A DNA stretch of 51,725 nucleotides from Candidatus Methylomirabilia bacterium (GCA_046758965.1 JBHIBG010000012.1:1-51725); one strand, 5' to 3'; shown: positions 30,258-44,184, numbered from the stretch's first letter. Made by a program: numbers and translations. Notes: generated by a model not told the origin, from the letters alone.

Positions 30258-30420
30258 CCTGTCCCCAGGACAGTCTTACATACACTCGACCGTCAAAACT
30301 ATCTCATAATCGAGCAGGGCGCAGCAATCTGACATGGTCCGGGCCTGATCGCGGCGGCCTTTCGAGCCGCTTCAGCCCCGGTGTCAGCTACGGGCAGAAA
30401 ATCGAAGGGTTAGGAGTGGA

Positions 30421-30505
<85 letters not shown>

Positions 30506-30518
30506 ACAGGAGAGAAAA

Positions 30519-30548
30519 AGTATGGCACTCCAGTCACCGACCTGTCAA
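30519..30548 (-). promoter_or_regulatory. sigma70-like promoter of tRNA-Leu
   Basis: TTGACA, 18 nt spacer, CATACT with an extended TG. Confidence 0.65.
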
Positions 30549-30595
30549 ACGCGCGACCGCTCAGCAGAGGATTCGGAGTGCCGGGGGGGCTTCAT

Positions 30596-31468
30596 CTAGC
30601 GGCCTGGGCCCACGGCCTGGCGCAGGCGCGGGTCGAGGGCATCGCGGATCCCCTCCCCAACGAGGTTATAGGAGAGGACCGTGATCAGGATGGTGAGCCC
30701 CGGGTAGAGGGAGAGCCACCAGGCGATCTCGATGGCGTCTTTCCCGTCGTTCAGGATATTCCCCCACGAGGCATGGGGAGGCTGGACGCCGAGACCGAGG
30801 AACGAAAGCCCGGACTCGATCAGGATGGCCGCGGGAACTCCCAGCGTCATGGCGACCAGCACCGGCGCCATGGCATTGGGGAGGATGTGGCGCCAGATAA
30901 TCCGTGTCCTCCCCGCCCCCACGGCCTGGGACCAGAGCACGAACTCTCGCTCCTTGAGGGTCAGGAACTCGGCTCTCACGAGCCGGGCCACCCCCATCCA
31001 TCCCGTGAGCCCGAGCGCCGCCATGATGATCCAGATGGAGGGCCGGAGGAATGCGAGGACGGCCAGGAGAAGGAAGAAGCGCGGGAACACCAGCATCAGA
31101 TCCACCAGCCGCATAATGACGGCGTCGACAAGCCCGCCGTGGTATCCGGCCACAGCCCCGAGAAGGAGGCCGATGGCCGTGGCGATCCCCACCACGACGA
31201 AGCCCACCGCCAGGGAGACGCGGGAGCCGTACAGGATTCGGGAGAGGACGTCCCTGCCGAGCTGGTCGGTGCCGAGCCAGTGATTGCGGGAGGGCGCGGT
31301 GAGGATCTTGGTCACATCGGGCTCGTAAGGATCCCAGGGAGCCAGGATCGGCGCCAGCAGCGCCACGAGGACCAGGCAGACCACCACCGCGCCGGCCGCC
31401 ACTGCCAGGCTGTTCTTCCCGAACATCCGCCAGACGAGCGGGATCTCTCCGCGAGGAGCCAGGCGCAC
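30596..31468 (-). CDS. Oligopeptide/dipeptide ABC permease (OppC/DppC-like)
   Basis: HWLGTDQLGRD, RHILPN, GEGIRDALDPR. Confidence 0.92.
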   Translation of the reverse strand: MRLAPRGEIPLVWRMFGKNSLAVAAGAVVVCLVLVALLAPILAPWDPYEPDVTKILTAPSRNHWLGTDQLGRDVLSRILYGSRVSLAVGFVVVGIATAIGLLLGAVAGYHGGLVDAVIMRLVDLMLVFPRFFLLLAVLAFLRPSIWIIMAALGLTGWMGVARLVRAEFLTLKEREFVLWSQAVGAGRTRIIWRHILPNAMAPVLVAMTLGVPAAILIESGLSFLGLGVQPPHASWGNILNDGKDAIEIAWWLSLYPGLTILITVLSYNLVGEGIRDALDPRLRQAVGPGR

Positions 31469-31475
31469 GCTCCGC

Positions 31476-32468
31476 TCACCTCCCCCCGCGAAGGCCCACC
31501 CGGATCCGGGGGTCGACCAGGGCGTAGGAGATATCAGCCAGCAGGTTGCCGACCAGCGTGAGGGTCGCCACGACCACTAGGTTTCCCATGATCACCGGGT
31601 AGTCGCGCTCAAAGAAGGACTGAACCATCAGCTGCCCCATTCCCGGGATGGCAAAGATCGTCTCCACGATCACGCTCCCGCCGATCAGTGCCGGCACCGA
31701 CAGCCCCAGGATCGTGAGCACGGGGAGCAAGGCGTTCCGGAGCGCGTGCTTGCCGATGACCACCGGCTCCGAGAGCCCTTTGGCGCGCGCCGCCTGAATA
31801 TACTCCTGCCGGACGACCTCAAGCATGCTCTGGCGCATATAGCGCGAGAACCCCGCAAGCCCCCCGAAGGTGGTCACCAGCACCGGGAGGAAGAGGTGGG
31901 AGATGAGGTCCCATTGCCGCTGCCAGAAGGAGAGGTACTCCCAATTCAGGGAGCGGAGCCCCGAGATGGGGAGCCACCCGAGCTGGACCCCGAAGAGAAT
32001 CATCAGGAGCAGGGCGAGCCAGAAGTTGGGGGTCGCGAATCCGATGAAGACGAAGACGGTCGTGAGCTTGTCGAAGAGGGAGTACTGCCGGGTGGCGGAG
32101 AGGACGCCGACGGGGACCGCCACCGCCAGGATAACGAGCATTCCGATGGCGTTGAGGAAGAGGGTGACGGGCAAGCGCTCACCGATCTTCTGGAGTACCG
32201 GCTTCCCGTCTGGAGCGAAGGAGCGGCCGAAATCCAGGCGCGCCAGTCGGCTGAGCCAGTTCCAGTACTGAACATGCAGGGGCTTGTCCAGGCCGTACAG
32301 CTCCCTGAGAGCCTGCTTGGCCTGAGCCGAGGCCTTGATGCCCAGCTCTCCGATCTGAACCTCCATGGGCTCACCGGGGGCCAGGTGATAAACCAAGAAG
32401 GAGACAACGGTGATGCCGATGAGGAGGGGAACGGCCACCGCCAGCCGCCGAAGCACGTAAAGCAGCAT
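31476..32468 (-). CDS. Oligopeptide/dipeptide ABC permease (OppB/DppB-like)
   Basis: LAPG, YGLDKPL, AARAKGL...HALRNA, VDPRIR. Confidence 0.92.
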   Translation of the reverse strand: MLLYVLRRLAVAVPLLIGITVVSFLVYHLAPGEPMEVQIGELGIKASAQAKQALRELYGLDKPLHVQYWNWLSRLARLDFGRSFAPDGKPVLQKIGERLPVTLFLNAIGMLVILAVAVPVGVLSATRQYSLFDKLTTVFVFIGFATPNFWLALLLMILFGVQLGWLPISGLRSLNWEYLSFWQRQWDLISHLFLPVLVTTFGGLAGFSRYMRQSMLEVVRQEYIQAARAKGLSEPVVIGKHALRNALLPVLTILGLSVPALIGGSVIVETIFAIPGMGQLMVQSFFERDYPVIMGNLVVVATLTLVGNLLADISYALVDPRIRVGLRGGR

Positions 32469-32551
32469 CGCGACCTTTGCTTACCGCACCTCAGCCGGCT
32501 GAAGCCAGATCGAGGTGCTCCACCCGGTTCGAGCGCACTCCTGCCGCGACC

Positions 32552-34204
32552 TCACCCAGAGGTGTAGCGCTGGAGGTGTCGAGGAACGTACCACCGGATG
32601 AAGTTGAAGATGATCCCGTTGGGGGACGGCTCGATCCCGTGGACCCGCGAGGAGACTACCGGCAGGGCATCCCGGAAGTAGAGGAAGATGATCGGCTGGT
32701 CCTCCGCCAGAATCTCCTGGAGCCGGTCGTAGTGCGGCTTCCGCTCCTCGCGTCTGCAGGAGGCCCTGCCACGCTCGAGCAGCCTGTCCACCTCTTGGTT
32801 GGCATAGGAGATGAAGTTCAGCTCGTCAGGGCCGGTCTTGGAGGAGTGCCAGACATCATACTGATCCGGGTCTGGCCCGATCCCCCAGCCGAGGACCACG
32901 GCCTCGAAGCGCCGTTTCTGGACGAAGTCCTTGATGAAGGCGACCCACTCGAGGATCTGGATGTCGGCCGCGACCCCGACTTCCTTGAGGCGGCGCTGGA
33001 TGATCTCGGCCACCTTTTTTCGCTCGTCGTTGCCCAAATTGGTGCGGATCGTGAAGGCAAAGGGCTTGCCGTCCTTGTCCACGACGCCGTCTCCGTCGGT
33101 GTCCCGCCAGCCGGCCTCAGCCAGAAGCGCCCTGGCCTTTTCGGGGTCGTAAGGATAGCGGCGCACATCCGGATTGTAGGCCCACGTCCCCGGCTTATAG
33201 GGACCGGTCGCCTCCCTGCCCAGACCCATGACGATCCCCCCGATCAGCTCCCGCTTGTCGATGGCATGGGCCAAGGCCTGGCGAACGCGCTTGTCTCTGA
33301 AGAGGGGATGCTTCAGGTTGAACCCGAAATAGGTGTACGCATTGGAGGGGTAACGGAACTTGTTGTACGCTTTGCGGAAGGCGGGGTACCCGGTCAGGCG
33401 CGCGTACTGGAGCGCGGTGAGCCCGGCGAAGTCCACCCCCTTGGCTTTGAGCTCGAGGAAGATGGTGGCCTGGCTCGGGATAATGCGGTACACGACGCGC
33501 GAGAGATAAGGACCGTCCTCGAAATAGTCCGGATCGGCCACTAACACCAGCTTCTCGCCGCTCTTCCACTCGACGAACCGGTACGGCCCGGTGCCAACGG
33601 GGCGGAGGTTCTGGGGCGCTTCGCGAAGGCGCCCTTCTCCGACGTAGGGCTCCAGCAGGTGCTTGGGGAGCATCCAGATCTGCCAGGTCTCCTGGGCCTG
33701 GGCATACGCCTTCGAGTAGGAGATCCGAACCGTGTGGGGATCGACGACCTCCACATTCTTTACAGCCAGGAAGTCCTCCTTGTAGGCCGTCGGCGTCTTC
33801 GGGTGGATCATCGTCTCGTAGGTGAAGCGGACATCCTCGGCGGTGAACGGCCGGCCGTCGTGCCAGCTGGCGTTCTTGCGAAGCTTGAAGGTGAGGGTGA
33901 GACAGTTCTCAGAGAGCTCCCAGGACTCGGCCAGATCGGGAACCAAGTTCAAATCCTTGTCGCGCTTGATGAGGCCCGAATAGATCAGGCTGCCGACCTC
34001 GTGGGAGGCGCCGTCGGAGGTGATGTTCGGGATGAGCCCCCGGATGTCCGCGATGGAGGCCTGGATGAACGTGTCGCCATAGGCAGGCCCGGCCGGCGAA
34101 GGCGGGCTGGGGCCGTCGCTCCCTCCCTCCACATCCTGGCCGCATCCCGACAGGACCAGGAGCGAGGCAGCAACAAGCGCCAGGAGCCCGGCAACGCTCG
34201 GCAT
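32552..34204 (-). CDS. Peptide ABC solute-binding lipoprotein (family 5, OppA/AppA-like)
   Basis: Lipobox LSGC; LVPDLAESW, WHDGRPFTAEDVRFT, PVGTGPY. Confidence 0.92.
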   Translation of the reverse strand: MPSVAGLLALVAASLLVLSGCGQDVEGGSDGPSPPSPAGPAYGDTFIQASIADIRGLIPNITSDGASHEVGSLIYSGLIKRDKDLNLVPDLAESWELSENCLTLTFKLRKNASWHDGRPFTAEDVRFTYETMIHPKTPTAYKEDFLAVKNVEVVDPHTVRISYSKAYAQAQETWQIWMLPKHLLEPYVGEGRLREAPQNLRPVGTGPYRFVEWKSGEKLVLVADPDYFEDGPYLSRVVYRIIPSQATIFLELKAKGVDFAGLTALQYARLTGYPAFRKAYNKFRYPSNAYTYFGFNLKHPLFRDKRVRQALAHAIDKRELIGGIVMGLGREATGPYKPGTWAYNPDVRRYPYDPEKARALLAEAGWRDTDGDGVVDKDGKPFAFTIRTNLGNDERKKVAEIIQRRLKEVGVAADIQILEWVAFIKDFVQKRRFEAVVLGWGIGPDPDQYDVWHSSKTGPDELNFISYANQEVDRLLERGRASCRREERKPHYDRLQEILAEDQPIIFLYFRDALPVVSSRVHGIEPSPNGIIFNFIRWYVPRHLQRYTSG

Positions 34205-34205
34205 C

Positions 34206-34505
34206 TTATTCAGGACCCTGATCCGGCTGAGCGGGCTGTTGGAGTGGAGCCGGCTCGGTCACCACCGATCCTCCCCGCTGAGAGGCCAGGAGGGCCAGGC
34301 TCAAGGAGGTGAGCATGAAGACGATCGCCATGCCGGTCGTGACCTTCCCGAGGAGCGTGGGCGTCCCCATGGAGCCGAACACGGTCTGACTCCCAGCACC
34401 ACCGAAGGCCGAGCCGATGTCGGCACCCTTTCCAGCCTGAAGCAGCACGATGGCGATGATGCCCAAGCTGACGAACACATGCAAGACCACGAGGATTGTA
34501 TACAC
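34206..34505 (-). CDS. secG: Preprotein translocase subunit SecG
   Basis: VLLQAGKGADIGSAFGG; GTG start. Confidence 0.95.
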   Translation of the reverse strand: MYTILVVLHVFVSLGIIAIVLLQAGKGADIGSAFGGAGSQTVFGSMGTPTLLGKVTTGMAIVFMLTSLSLALLASQRGGSVVTEPAPLQQPAQPDQGPE

Positions 34506-34511
34506 GATCCC

Positions 34512-35288
34512 TTACTCCTTTGTCGGGCCGCTTCTCACGGCCGACTTTCTCACGATTCCGAGAAACGACTGGGGCTGGAGGCTCGCCCCGCCCACCAGCG
34601 TGCCGTCGATCTCCAGTTCCGCGACGAGCGGGCCCACCGTGTCCGCCTTCACGCTGCCCCCGTAGAGGATGCGCACGGCCTGGGCCGCCTCTTTCGAGGC
34701 CAGCTCGGAGAGAAGCCCGCGGAGGTACCCGTGTACCTCGACGGCCTGAGCGGGAGTGGCGTTCACCCCCGTGCCGATCGCCCACACCGGCTCGTAGGCC
34801 AGAAGACACCGGCCGATCGCCTCGGGGGTGCATCCGGTCAAGCCGCCCCGAAGCTGCCCCTCGACCACGTGGAAGGTAAGCCCCTGGCCGCGCTCCTCGG
34901 CCGTCTCCCCCACGCAGAGGAGCGGGGTGAGCCCGTGGGCCAGGGCCGCGCGGACTTTCCGGTTGATGATCGAATCACTCTCCCCCAGCTGCCGCCGCTC
35001 GGAGTGGCCGAGAATCACCAGCCGGCAACCGAGCTCGGTCAGCATGGCCGGCGACACCTCACCGGTGAAGGCCCCGCTCCCTTCCCAGTGGCAGTTCTGG
35101 GCCCCGAGGCCGATGGGGGAGGTGGCCAAAAGCTCCGCGACTTGAGAGAGGGCCGTGAAGGGAGGGCAGAGCACCACCTCGATACCCTTGAGCCGTTTGA
35201 GCCCGTCCCGCACCGCTCCCGCCAAAGCCCGGGCCTCCGCGAGTGTCCCATGCATTTTCCAATTGGCCACCACCACGGGGATGCGCAT
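34512..35288 (-). CDS. tpiA: Triosephosphate isomerase
   Basis: ANWKM, GHSERR, AYEPVWAIGTG, YGGSV. Confidence 0.97.
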   Translation of the reverse strand: MRIPVVVANWKMHGTLAEARALAGAVRDGLKRLKGIEVVLCPPFTALSQVAELLATSPIGLGAQNCHWEGSGAFTGEVSPAMLTELGCRLVILGHSERRQLGESDSIINRKVRAALAHGLTPLLCVGETAEERGQGLTFHVVEGQLRGGLTGCTPEAIGRCLLAYEPVWAIGTGVNATPAQAVEVHGYLRGLLSELASKEAAQAVRILYGGSVKADTVGPLVAELEIDGTLVGGASLQPQSFLGIVRKSAVRSGPTKE

Positions 35289-36475
35289 CAGCTGGCTTCG
35301 GTCAGCGCCTCCACGCCAGGCAGCTTCCGTCCTTCGAGGAACTCCAGAAAGGCGCCACCGGCAGTGGAGAGATAGCTCATCCGATCCGCCACGCCGGCCC
35401 GCCTGATCGCCGCCACGGTCTCCCCACCCCCCACGACCGTGAACGCCGAGGAGGCAGCCACGGCCCGCGCCAGCTCAAACGTCCCTCCGGCAAAGGCCGG
35501 GGTTTCGAAGACCCCAACGGGTCCGTTCCAGACCACGGTCCCGGCCGGGCGGAGCGCTTCCCGAAAGAGTGCCAGCGTCGCCGGCCCGATGTCGAGCCCC
35601 ATCAGAGCCGCCGGGATTCGGCGGATAGCGACCGTCTGAACCTCCTCCGCACTCTCCGGGCTCGCGGCAACGACCGCATCCACCGGAAGCCCCACCTGCA
35701 CCCCACGGGCCCGCGCCTGGGAAAGCGCCTTTCGCGCGGTCCCCAGCAGGTCGGGCTCCACCAGCGAGCGGCCAGGGTCATGCCCGAGGGCCTTGAGAAA
35801 AGTAAAGGCCATCCCACCCCCGATGAGAAGCGCGTCCACCTTGGTCAGCAGGCGATCGATGAGCGCCATCTTGTCCGAGACTTTGGCCCCACCCAGGATC
35901 GCCAGCAGCGGACGCTCGGGGTGATCCAGGACCCGCCCTAACGCCTCCAGCTCCTGCCGCATCAACAAGCCCGCTGCCGCCGGCTGCAGGCAGCGCGTGA
36001 TGGCGGCGATTGAGGCATGCGCCCGATGGCAGGCCGAAAAGGCGTCATTGACATAAAGCTCTCCCAGGCGCGCCAGGGCCTGGGCAAAGCTCGCGTCGTT
36101 CTCCTCCTCCTCGGGATGGAAGCGGAGGTTCTCGAGGAGCAGGAGCTCTCCGGGCTTGAGGGCACTCGCCAGCGCCTCGACCGCTTCACCCACACAGTCA
36201 GGCGCCCGCGGAACCGGCTGCCCGAGAAGCTCCTCCAGCCGAGCAGCCACGGGCGCCAGGGAGTACGCCGGGTTGACCTTCCCCTTCGGACGGCCCAGGT
36301 GAGAGGCCAGCACCACGACCGCACCGGCTTTCAGGCAGTGCCGGATCGTCGGGAGCAGGCGCTGAAGCCGGGTGTCGTCAGCCACCCGACCACCCGCCAG
36401 AGGCACGTTCAGATCCGCCCGGAGAAAGATGCGCTTCCTCTCCAGGTCGAGTTGGTCAACGACCAGCTTAGGCAT
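35288..36475 (-). CDS. pgk: Phosphoglycerate kinase
   Basis: RADLNVP, SHLGRPKG, LLENLRF, GGAKVSDK. Confidence 0.96.
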   Translation of the reverse strand: MPKLVVDQLDLERKRIFLRADLNVPLAGGRVADDTRLQRLLPTIRHCLKAGAVVVLASHLGRPKGKVNPAYSLAPVAARLEELLGQPVPRAPDCVGEAVEALASALKPGELLLLENLRFHPEEEENDASFAQALARLGELYVNDAFSACHRAHASIAAITRCLQPAAAGLLMRQELEALGRVLDHPERPLLAILGGAKVSDKMALIDRLLTKVDALLIGGGMAFTFLKALGHDPGRSLVEPDLLGTARKALSQARARGVQVGLPVDAVVAASPESAEEVQTVAIRRIPAALMGLDIGPATLALFREALRPAGTVVWNGPVGVFETPAFAGGTFELARAVAASSAFTVVGGGETVAAIRRAGVADRMSYLSTAGGAFLEFLEGRKLPGVEALTEAS

Positions 36476-36529
36476 GCGATCTCGTGCGCCGGCAGGCGGA
36501 AGTGGACGACCTGAACTCTCTCGCCGCAA

Positions 36530-37561
<1,032 letters not shown>

Positions 37562-37593
37562 TCAAGAGGCCAGCTTGGCAGGCGTCCTCTACA

Positions 37594-37623
37594 ATTATAT
37601 CGATCCGGAAAATCATGCGTCAA
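37594..37623 (-). promoter_or_regulatory. sigma70 promoter of the gap run
   Basis: TTGACG, 18 nt spacer, TATAAT. Confidence 0.75.
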
Positions 37624-37637
37624 TGGGGCCGATGCGC

Positions 37638-38396
37638 TTACGGCAGACGGGCGAGCGCGAGCACCCCCACGCTGCTCGCCCCGCCGGCCAGCAGGACCCG
37701 GCAGCATTCGGCCGCCGTGGCACCCGTCGTGAACATATCATCGATAAGGAGCACGTGCCGACCCGCCACGGCTTCCGGACGAGAGAGGACAAACGCTCCG
37801 CGCACATTAGCACGCCGCTCTCCGCTCGAGAGCTCGGTCTGGGGTCGGGTGGCGACGGCTCGCCTGAGCGCTGAGGCGTGCACCGGAAGCCTCAACTGCC
37901 GAGCAACCCGGCGGGCCAGGAGGAGCGACTGGTTGAATCCCCGCTCAGCCTCGCGGCTCCGGTGGAGCGGCACCGGCACCAGGCAGTCCACGGTGCCGTG
38001 AGGCAGGAGTGTCATCCCCGCCTGGGCGAGCAGGTGCCCCAGGGGACGGGCCAGGGCGGTTTTGCCCCCGAACTTGAAGGCATGGAGCGCGTTCCGAACG
38101 GTGTCTCGGTAGAGGGTCGCGGCCCGAGCGTAGGCAAAGGGCGGATCCCGGCGCCGGCACTCATCGCACTCAGAGAGCGCTCCCCCAGACGAATGCGGAG
38201 AGAACGAATAGAACGGCCGGCCGCAGCGGACACAGTACGGCGGCGCAATTCGCTCGAGAGAGGCCCAGCAAAGGCCACAGAGGGGATCGTGCCGGCCCTC
38301 AGCCAGGCGACAGTCGCAAAGGGGGCAGATCGGGGGGAAGAGAAGGTCGAGAAATGCAGTCGCCCACTGGCGCCCCTGATCGAGCTTTCCAGCCAC
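37638..38396 (-). CDS. comF: ComF-family protein (zinc ribbon plus phosphoribosyltransferase)
   Basis: DLLFPPICPLC, four CxxC pairs, VPVPLH...RGFNQS, LLIDDMFTTGAT; start uncertain (38396 or 38498). Confidence 0.9.
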   Translation of the reverse strand: MAGKLDQGRQWATAFLDLLFPPICPLCDCRLAEGRHDPLCGLCWASLERIAPPYCVRCGRPFYSFSPHSSGGALSECDECRRRDPPFAYARAATLYRDTVRNALHAFKFGGKTALARPLGHLLAQAGMTLLPHGTVDCLVPVPLHRSREAERGFNQSLLLARRVARQLRLPVHASALRRAVATRPQTELSSGERRANVRGAFVLSRPEAVAGRHVLLIDDMFTTGATAAECCRVLLAGGASSVGVLALARLP

Positions 38397-38631
38397 CCGA
38401 GCATCACCTTCGAGCTGATTGAGGGCCACCGGGATCTCCCGCCGGCCGGCCAGGCAGTAGTCGCGAAACGAGCCACCGCTATTCAGGAATGAGGTCATGA
38501 AGCGGCCGCTACGGACCTCGTCACGACGGCCGGCCCTGGGCAGCCAGACACGGGTTGGGTCGACGGCCCGACAGCGGATGACAGGAACTCTGATGGGGAC
38601 GACAAGCAGGAGGGCCCGACATCAGCGAGCC

Positions 38632-38997
38632 CTAGGCCGTCGCCGTTCGCTCCTCATCCTCGACAATCCGTTGGCAGCCGATGCAGTAGCGAGCGAACGG
38701 GAGCGCCTCAAGGCGCTTGTCCGAGATGGGCGCACCGCAGCGCTCGCAAGAGCCGAACGAGCCCTGTTCGATCTTTTGAAGCGCGGAGGTCACATCTTTG
38801 AGGAGGCGGCGGTCGCCGTTCCCGAGCTCGAAGAGAAACTCCCGGGTGTACGCGGTGGCCGCCTGGTCGCCGAGGTCTTTGATTGAGTCGTCCTCCTGCC
38901 CCTTGCCGTAGAGGGAGGTCCGACCCACCTCATCAACCAGCTGGCGTTGCTTCTCGATCAGCCTCTTCCTGAAATACGCCAAGCGGTTCTTGTTCAT
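38632..38997 (-). CDS. DksA/TraR C4 zinc finger protein
   Basis: DLGDQA coiled-coil tip; FGSCERCGAPISDKRLEALPFARYCIGC. Confidence 0.92.
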   Translation of the reverse strand: MNKNRLAYFRKRLIEKQRQLVDEVGRTSLYGKGQEDDSIKDLGDQAATAYTREFLFELGNGDRRLLKDVTSALQKIEQGSFGSCERCGAPISDKRLEALPFARYCIGCQRIVEDEERTATA

Positions 38998-39046
38998 CGT
39001 TATCCTGTCCTCCCCACCGCTAGGCTGCTCAGCACGTGAGTGCCAT

Positions 39047-39075
39047 ACCGTACCACGCCCGATTGAGGAAATCAA
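39047..39075 (-). promoter_or_regulatory. Candidate promoter for the dksA-like gene
   Basis: TTGATT, 17 nt spacer, TACGGT with an extended TG. Confidence 0.45.
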
Positions 39076-39085
39076 CCCCCCGCCC

Positions 39086-39442
39086 TCACCCTTCCACCGA
39101 GAGCAGCGGAGCATCACCCCACAGGCGCTCAAGCGCGTAAAAACTCCGGGTTTCCTCAAGGAAGACATGCATCACCGCATCGCCGTAATCCAGCAGGAGC
39201 CAGCCACTTTCCGGCACGCCCTCCAGGTGAAGCAGGCGCACCCCACGGGCCTTGAGCGCGAGCGTGATGGCTTCAGCAATGGTCTGGATCTGGGTGGGAG
39301 AGCGGCCGCCCGCCACCAAGAAGAAGTCAGCGACCCCGCTCAGTCCCTTAAGATCGAGGACCACCAGATCTTCGGCCTTCTTCTCCAGGGCCGCGCGGGC
39401 ACCCACCCGAATCTTCTCCTCAGCGGAGAGCGTGTGCATCAA
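39086..39442 (-). CDS. rsfS: Ribosome silencing factor
   Basis: KKAEDLVVLDL, WLLLDYGDAVMHVF, FYALERLWGD. Confidence 0.95.
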   Translation of the reverse strand: MMHTLSAEEKIRVGARAALEKKAEDLVVLDLKGLSGVADFFLVAGGRSPTQIQTIAEAITLALKARGVRLLHLEGVPESGWLLLDYGDAVMHVFLEETRSFYALERLWGDAPLLSVEG

Positions 39443-40113
39443 CCCTCGTCACGGTAGAGTGCATGGGTCGCGATGTAATCAGCGACCGCGTCGGGAACCC
39501 GGTAGCGGAGCGACCGTCCCTGGCGGGCGCGCCGGCGGAGCTCGGAGGCGGAAATCGGAAGCGACGTCACCGAAGCCAGAACGACCCCCGTGCGCGGCTC
39601 CAGTATGGGGAGCGGAGTCGCCGCGGAAATCCGGACCCAGCGTTCCTGCCCGATCTCGTGCAACACTTTCTGAGCCTGGATCCCGTCCGGGTCGAAGGCG
39701 ATTCCGGTGCGGGGCACCACGACGAGTTGCGCCAGGGCCGCCAGACGTTGAGGTTCTTTCCAGGAAAGGAAATCCATGAAGGTCTCTGAACCAACGAACA
39801 AGAAGAAGGTGCAAGCACCCGACCCGGCTTCACGGGAGAGGTTCGCGAGAGTGTCCACAGTATACGACGGGCCGGGACGGCCCAGCTCGATGTCCGACAC
39901 CGCGAACTCCGAGTGGTCCTGGACGGCCAGCATCGTCATCGTGTAGCGGTGCTCCGCCGCGGCGAGACCCCGCCCGAGCTTGTGGGGCGGGAGGTTAGCC
40001 GGAACGAAGAGCACACGGTCGAGTGCCAAGAGCTCGTGGAGTTCGTCGGCCAGGAGCAGATGCCCGAGATGGATCGGATCGAACGTGCCGCCGAAGACCC
40101 CGATGCGCGACAA
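39439..40113 (-). CDS. nadD: Nicotinate-nucleotide adenylyltransferase
   Basis: GVFGGTFDPIHLGH, PPHK, SYTVDTL, ISASELR; TTG start inferred. Confidence 0.93.
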   Translation of the reverse strand: MSRIGVFGGTFDPIHLGHLLLADELHELLALDRVLFVPANLPPHKLGRGLAAAEHRYTMTMLAVQDHSEFAVSDIELGRPGPSYTVDTLANLSREAGSGACTFFLFVGSETFMDFLSWKEPQRLAALAQLVVVPRTGIAFDPDGIQAQKVLHEIGQERWVRISAATPLPILEPRTGVVLASVTSLPISASELRRRARQGRSLRYRVPDAVADYIATHALYRDEG

Positions 40114-40120
40114 CGAACCG

Positions 40121-41377
40121 CTACTCCCGGAGTTGCCCGTCCCCGAACACAATGAACTTGGTAGTGGTGAGCTCCTCCACGCCGACCGGCCCCCGGGCGT
40201 GGAGCTTGGAGGTCGAGATCCCCATCTCCGCTCCCATCCCGAACTGGCCGCCGTCCACGAGCCGGGTGGAGGCGTTGACGAGCACGGCCGCCGCGTCCAC
40301 TTCCTGGGCGAACCGGCGGGCACGACCGTAGTGAGCGGTCACGATGGCCTCGGCGAGCCCCGACCCGTGCGCTCGGATCATCGCGATGGCCTCGTCGAGG
40401 CTCTCCACCACCTTGATGGAAAGGATGAGGTCGAGGTACTCAGTGTCCCAGTCGGCCTCAGTCGCCTCCCCGACCTCGGGAACGAGCGCTCGCGTGCGAG
40501 GACATCCGCGGAGTTCCACCCCGGCCTCCCGGAGCCGGGGGGCCGCCGTGCGCAGGAACCCGGGAGCGATGGCGTGGTGGACCAGGAGGGTCTCCACAGC
40601 GTTGCACACACCCGGCCGCTGGACTTTGGCGTTGAGCACGATCTCCACCGCCATCGGGAGCTCCGCATCCTCGTCCACGAAGATATGACAGAGCCCCTTG
40701 TCGTGCTTGAGGACCGGCACGGTGGACCGCTCCGCCACAAGGCGGACAAACTCCTCCCCTCCTCGCGGGATGATGAGGTCCACGTAACGGTCCAGGGCGA
40801 GGAGGGCCATGACGGCCTCGCGCTCCGGGGTGTCGATGACCTGGATCGCCTCGGACGGGACGTTTGCCTTCTCCAGGGCCTTGCTGAGCACGCTCGCGAT
40901 CACGGAGTTGGATCGGAGCGCCTCGCTTCCGCCCCGGAGGATCACGGTGTTCCCCGCCTTGATGCAGAGGCCCGCGGCGTCAGCCGTGACGTTCGGTCGC
41001 GCCTCGTAAATCACGGCAATGACCCCGAGCGGAACGCGGACGCGGCGAATCTCCATCCCGTTGGGGCGGCGCCAGACCTCGACAACCTTCCCGACGGGAT
41101 CGGGAAGCTGAGCGATCTGCCGAAGGCCGTGGGCCATCTCCTCGATGCGCCCCTCGGTGAGGGCGAGCCGGTCCAGGAACGCACGGGTAGCGCGACGGGC
41201 CTGAGCTCGCTCCAAGTCCGCTCGGTTAGCTTCCAAAATGGGGTCGACGCTCTCTTCCAAGGCCCGCGCCATTTCGCCAAGGGCCTCGTTTTTCACCTTG
41301 GGCGGGCAGAGGGCAAGACTTCTCGCCGCCGCCTTCGCGGCTCGCGCCTTGACCTCCACCAAACCCCGGACCTCCAT
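40121..41377 (-). CDS. proA: Gamma-glutamyl phosphate reductase
   Basis: VPLGVIAVIYEARPNVT, GVCNAVETLL, NASTR, KLHARGPVG. Confidence 0.96.
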   Translation of the reverse strand: MEVRGLVEVKARAAKAAARSLALCPPKVKNEALGEMARALEESVDPILEANRADLERAQARRATRAFLDRLALTEGRIEEMAHGLRQIAQLPDPVGKVVEVWRRPNGMEIRRVRVPLGVIAVIYEARPNVTADAAGLCIKAGNTVILRGGSEALRSNSVIASVLSKALEKANVPSEAIQVIDTPEREAVMALLALDRYVDLIIPRGGEEFVRLVAERSTVPVLKHDKGLCHIFVDEDAELPMAVEIVLNAKVQRPGVCNAVETLLVHHAIAPGFLRTAAPRLREAGVELRGCPRTRALVPEVGEATEADWDTEYLDLILSIKVVESLDEAIAMIRAHGSGLAEAIVTAHYGRARRFAQEVDAAAVLVNASTRLVDGGQFGMGAEMGISTSKLHARGPVGVEELTTTKFIVFGDGQLRE

Positions 41378-41388
41378 GCCGCCCTCCG

Positions 41389-43816
<2,428 letters not shown>

Positions 43817-43819
43817 CTG

Positions 43820-44131
43820 CTACACCTCGATCGTTGTAATGCGGACGGCGGTCAGCGGCTGACGATGCCCGCGCTTCCGTCGGTAGCCCTTCCGCCGCTT
43901 GAACTTCGCGACGGTCACCTTCGGCGCCTTGGCCTGGCTCACCACCTCGGCCACCACTCTGGCCTTGGCCAGGGCGCCTGGCTCGACCACCACCTGGCCA
44001 TCGCGGTTGACGAGCAGCACCTGGCTGAACTCGACCCCGTCCCCGGGGCTGACAGGAAGCCGCTCGATCCGCAGCACCTGACCCGGGGCAACCCGGTACT
44101 GCTTCCCCCCGACTGCGATCACTGCTTCCAC
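43820..44131 (-). CDS. rplU: 50S ribosomal protein L21
   Basis: GGKQYRV, KRRKGYRRKRGHRQ. Confidence 0.98.
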   Translation of the reverse strand: MEAVIAVGGKQYRVAPGQVLRIERLPVSPGDGVEFSQVLLVNRDGQVVVEPGALAKARVVAEVVSQAKAPKVTVAKFKRRKGYRRKRGHRQPLTAVRITTIEV

Positions 44132-44184
44132 GAACCTCCCCCCGTTAAGAGCCGAACTGCCGAAGCAACCAGGAAAAACGTCTT

